Origin: Myxococcota bacterium
GTDB taxonomy: Bacteria; Myxococcota_A; SURF-8
Length of the DNA stretch: 64,000 nt
Direction of reading: 5' to 3'
NCBI GenBank assembly: GCA_965140415.1
Contig: OZ223209.1
Span: 3,264,001 to 3,328,000 of the forward strand
The notes under the pieces were generated by a model. It saw only the letters and a program-made list of their open reading frames with translations. It had not been told where the DNA came from and ran no database searches. This document shows, in pieces, positions 60,524 through 64,000 of the stretch. Both the position numbers and the translations under genes were made by a program. Every line of letters begins with the position of its first letter. Position 1 is the stretch's first letter.

Positions 60524-61753
60524 ATGAAGAAAGAAGCGAAAAGGGTAAAGTTAACAGAGGGTTTGATCCGCAACTGCACCTATGAAGGTGAAGGCGGGGA
60601 GAAGAATCGTAAGGTCATCCTCTGGGATACCGAACTCAACGGGCTGGGACTTCGACTGTACCCGTCTGGCCGAAAAAGCTTCATCCTGCGTTATCCGAAG
60701 CCGGGGAAGGCCACTCAGAGCTCCCTGATGACCCTGGGCGAATGGACGCAGGGGCACAAGTCCCTATCGCTATATCAGGCAAGGGAGATCGCCGGTCGGA
60801 TTCGGACGCAGGTATTCGCCGGTGAGGACCCTAAAAAGAAGGTTGAGCAAGGAAAACCTTTCAAGGAATTGTCGGCAAAGTTCATTGAGGATTATGCTAA
60901 GGAGCGAAAGAGATCCTGGAAGGACGATCAGTATCGTCTCGATAAGTACATCCTGCCAGCCCTAGGAGAGAAGCCGATTGCCGAGATCACTGATGACGAC
61001 GTGGACAAGTTAATCACGGACGTCGGAAAGCAGCATAAGACCGTCGCCAATCGGATCCTGGCGCTTCTCTCGGTAATGTTCAACAAGGCTCGCCTCTGGA
61101 AGATGGTGGATTCCACCCACCGAAACCCTTGTGAATTCATTGAACCTTTCACCGAGAAGGTGCGCGAACGGGTGCTTACCGAGGATGAACTGCTGCGTCT
61201 CTTCGAGGCGGCGGACAAGCACTTCGACCCGTACATTGGTCCTTTTCTGCGCCTCGTCTTTCTTACGGGAGCCCGGAAGAACGAAATCCTGCGGATGAAG
61301 TGGGAGCAGGTGGACTTCAAGGCCAACCGGATCCGGTTTGTCAATACCAAGAACAACCGGGACCACGTGATGCGGCCCGCTCCATTGGCCATGGCGATCC
61401 TGGAGCGCCTCGCGACGTTCCGTACGTCCGATCACCCATACATCTTTCCCGGCAAACTGCCAAACAAGCCGAGAACCAGCATCCAGAAGGCATGGCGAAC
61501 GATCTTGAAGGACGCCAAACTTGTAGATGTACGCACGCACGATCTTCGCCGAACCATGGCGACCTGGCTTTCCGAGCATGGCGCGACACCTTTCGATATC
61601 CAAGCCGTGTTGAATCAGAAGGATCCTTCCGTGATGCGGCACTACGTCCATCTTTCAGGTAACTCCACCGCGGCGCCGTTGTCCAAGATTGCTGAACGGT
61701 TGATGCAGATTGAGGGAAACGATGAGAACGGTGAAAATGGTAATGGGAGCTAA
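60524..61753 (+). CDS. Tyrosine integrase with N-terminal arm-binding domain (P4-like)
   Basis: LWDTELNGLGLRLYPSGRKSF arm domain, TGARKNE, TKN, HDLRR, RHY. GGAGG RBS. Confidence 0.93.
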   Translation: MKKEAKRVKLTEGLIRNCTYEGEGGEKNRKVILWDTELNGLGLRLYPSGRKSFILRYPKPGKATQSSLMTLGEWTQGHKSLSLYQAREIAGRIRTQVFAGEDPKKKVEQGKPFKELSAKFIEDYAKERKRSWKDDQYRLDKYILPALGEKPIAEITDDDVDKLITDVGKQHKTVANRILALLSVMFNKARLWKMVDSTHRNPCEFIEPFTEKVRERVLTEDELLRLFEAADKHFDPYIGPFLRLVFLTGARKNEILRMKWEQVDFKANRIRFVNTKNNRDHVMRPAPLAMAILERLATFRTSDHPYIFPGKLPNKPRTSIQKAWRTILKDAKLVDVRTHDLRRTMATWLSEHGATPFDIQAVLNQKDPSVMRHYVHLSGNSTAAPLSKIAERLMQIEGNDENGENGNGS

Positions 61754-61909
61754 GTTCCCGTATTGATAAGCAAATGCCACTGAATAAATTTATTCAATGG
61801 CCAATGAATAAACTAAGATTACGGCCAATTCCAGTGTCAGTGTTTATTATAAAAACATGCAATTATGCATTTGAAATGCATGATTGCAAGGCGAGCATCC
61901 GGGTTACAA

Positions 61910-62788
61910 TCAGTCAACCGTGTCCAATTTTTCAACGTATCCCCTGAGAATCTTAATAGCAGTGCCAATATCGATGGCCAAGCTACATTCGTTGGCAAGT
62001 CGCTCGTAGACGGGCCGCCATTGCTCCGGCGGAGACAATAGCGGAGCGGGAAGCTCATGCGTATTACGCCTTCCGAACGTAGCTGTGATCGATTCCTTGA
62101 CACGAGCAATATCCATATCGCCGCGCTCGATCAGAATAAGCATGTCGACAAGATCTTTGACTCTCGAATTGGGAGCCTGTCGATTCGGGAGTGTGTACGC
62201 GTGAAGCTTCTCGGAAAACTGCTGTTCCTTGGAGAGCATGGCGATTACCGGTGGTTTGATCTCCGCGTAGGCCAACCAGTCTTGCGCTTCAATCGTTTCT
62301 ACTGGCGACAGTACGAAATCGCCGACACCAACATCGAGATGGAATTTGACAAAGCTGCGTCCGTCCATCCGGGCATCCACCGGGTATCGGGCTCCGCCAT
62401 ACGGCGCGGCGTCGATATCCATCATTGGCTCCCCAATCAGGAATTCGAAATAGTCCCCGGGATCAGCGGCGGTCTGCTCCTGGAGTTCTTCTCTCAGACG
62501 CTTGTTGATGGGGCCATCTCCCGCGACAAGGTTCTTCGGGTTTTCAAGCGTCAGATCGATGTCCTTGGTAGTCCGCGCCTGATTCATTCGCAGTTCAAGA
62601 GCATATCCGCCTTTCAGCACCCATGGTGTTTCCCGGTGCTGAAACAGTCGAGCCAGCAGGCGATCGAAAGCAACCTGGCGGCGCAGACGCTGCAGATCCG
62701 TCCCCTTCTCTTTGGCGATGGCTTTCAGGCGTGTTTCAAGGGCGATCCGAAAAGCACTCGCTGTTGCGTAGGTGCGTGGTCCGGTCAT
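61910..62788 (-). CDS. AbiEii/AbiGii-family nucleotidyltransferase toxin (type IV TA)
   Basis: DRLLARL, WVLKGG, RTTKDID, SEKLHAY, SRVKDLVD. Confidence 0.92.
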   Translation of the reverse strand: MTGPRTYATASAFRIALETRLKAIAKEKGTDLQRLRRQVAFDRLLARLFQHRETPWVLKGGYALELRMNQARTTKDIDLTLENPKNLVAGDGPINKRLREELQEQTAADPGDYFEFLIGEPMMDIDAAPYGGARYPVDARMDGRSFVKFHLDVGVGDFVLSPVETIEAQDWLAYAEIKPPVIAMLSKEQQFSEKLHAYTLPNRQAPNSRVKDLVDMLILIERGDMDIARVKESITATFGRRNTHELPAPLLSPPEQWRPVYERLANECSLAIDIGTAIKILRGYVEKLDTVD

Positions 62789-63387
62789 ATCGAAAGTCCT
62801 TTTACCGCATCCGCAAACGCGATGTGGTTGGTGTCGACCTCCCGGATCTGACGACGGGTTATCAGACCTCGTGTAAGTGCTTCGGAAATAGCCTGTTTAA
62901 GAAGATCCCTGGGAAATGCCTCATCACTGGTGATATCCAGGATCGTCCGCATGGGGCGGGTGACGGCGACTCCGTGAATCTGCTGGGCGTCGGATGGTGA
63001 AAGATCGGCCACATGGAGATGGAGGATATCCGGGATCTCGCTGTTGCGTCGAAATCCCTTCGGTACGGTCATGTGGAGCCGGTCGGGATTGATATCACTG
63101 AGATCGTGCAGCGCGAGGGCTGTGTCATGCGAGTAAACCCCCTGGGGTTCCTCGTTCCGGTTGCGGGACCAGAGATACCAGAGCATCAGGTCAGGGCGCT
63201 CAGTCTGCGGGTAGTTTGCCAGTCGGTAAATCCCTCGGTGCTCCCGGATCCAGTTACCCATTTCGACATGGTAGCCGATGGATTGCTCAAAGTATCCCAC
63301 GTCTTTGGCCTGTTTGGCCGTAAAGAATCCCTGCTGGGCGTCGGCGAGGTCGAACAGGCGTTTTGCTGTTTCAGTACTATCTCTCAT
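62785..63387 (-). CDS. AbiEi-family antitoxin / transcriptional regulator (type IV TA)
   Basis: QQGFFT..QA, RGIYRL, SHDTAL.LH, VTRPMRTILD. ATGA overlap with the toxin. Confidence 0.9.
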   Translation of the reverse strand: MRDSTETAKRLFDLADAQQGFFTAKQAKDVGYFEQSIGYHVEMGNWIREHRGIYRLANYPQTERPDLMLWYLWSRNRNEEPQGVYSHDTALALHDLSDINPDRLHMTVPKGFRRNSEIPDILHLHVADLSPSDAQQIHGVAVTRPMRTILDITSDEAFPRDLLKQAISEALTRGLITRRQIREVDTNHIAFADAVKGLSI

Positions 63388-63393
63388 TGCATG

Positions 63394-63474
63394 ATCCTCA
63401 AACTATCTTTGAGTATTGTGCAGACTCGGCGGGGGAAAGTCAAGCATAATTCTCAAACTATCTTTGAGGATTAT
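63394..63474 (-). promoter_or_regulatory. abiE promoter with two inverted-repeat operators
   Basis: Identical cores ctcaaactatctttgag at 63397-63413 and 63452-63468 flank minus-strand TTGACT-N17-CACAAT. Confidence 0.8.
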
Positions 63475-64000
63475 ACCCGAACAATCAACCGATCTTTGAA
63501 ATGCGGGTTCTCCTGATGGTCAGGATAGCCCAGAGGATTACAGATAATCCTCGTTTCACCATATGTGTAATCGAAGGAATCGTGGGTGTGGCCGTGAATC
63601 CAGAGTTTCGGTCTGCGCTCCTCTATCAGGTCATCCAGCGGCGCGTAGAAAAATGCGTTGGTCGGGTCGTTCTCCCACTGTTTGGATGTGCTGAGTTTGC
63701 AGGGATAATGATGCGTTACAACGATATCGCCCGGTTGCATTTCATCGGAGAAGAAGCGAGCTGTCGTCCCGTTCTCCTCATACACAGCCGGATCGAAATT
63801 CCTGATGTAGGTGAAATCGGAGAGCCGGTAGCGATGGGGATGGCTTTCGGCATTATACGGAAACCAAAGTGTCGCTCCAACGAATCGATGCCCGGCAATT
63901 TCAATCGAGTCGTTATCGAGCACATGTAGATTATCGGGTAGGGTAGAAGAAGCCAAAGGCTTATCATGAAAGTCAGCGCCGTAGAATTCGTGATTGCCAT
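63471..64000 (-). CDS. Calcineurin-like metallophosphoesterase; 3' part, start outside the window
   Basis: The frame stays open to the window edge and gives GNHEFY, then GATLW, VVTHH and WIHGHTH, CNPLGY. Confidence 0.88.
   Translation of the reverse strand, partial: GNHEFYGADFHDKPLASSTLPDNLHVLDNDSIEIAGHRFVGATLWFPYNAESHPHRYRLSDFTYIRNFDPAVYEENGTTARFFSDEMQPGDIVVTHHYPCKLSTSKQWENDPTNAFFYAPLDDLIEERRPKLWIHGHTHDSFDYTYGETRIICNPLGYPDHQENPHFKDRLIVRV

Noticed and set aside
61776-61890. Palindromes between the integrase and abiEii
   Set aside because: They are most simply terminator-like hairpins between convergent genes, with no further support.

Overview
A bacterial chromosome segment, probably from a Myxococcota/'deltaproteobacterial'-type organism; this is inferred from MYXO-CTERM-like sorting signals and many acidic lipoproteins. 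Housekeeping genes are kal (partial), fbp, a PlsB-like acyltransferase, mscS, an M23 peptidase, a patatin, an ArfB-like factor, rsgA, terC, a two-component pair, FadL, cydAB, an EF-G paralogue, dnaK/grpE/dnaJ, alr and polA. They are interleaved with secreted or lipoprotein genes that share Asp-Gly-Asp (DGD) repeat linkers. The most unusual item is a ~3050-aa ORF (11598-20756, minus) that reads like two surface proteins in one frame. It runs Sec signal - dockerin-like domain - Ig stalk - BPI/LBP-like domain - an INTERNAL MYXO-CTERM-like signal. A second signal peptide with a lipobox follows at once, then a half with a duplicated unknown domain, more Ig domains and a cohesin-like module. Other non-coding features are a candidate oriC (two oppositely oriented DnaA-box clusters at ~22.1-23.0 kb with no dnaA nearby), three copies of a ~205-bp nested-palindrome element, REP-like and MITE-like repeats, and an IS3-family element. 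At the right end is the edge of an island: a tRNA-Pro(GGG) 3' fragment (att), a tyrosine integrase, an AbiEi/AbiEii type IV TA pair and a metallophosphoesterase. All assignments come from motif recognition by eye; no database search was run.
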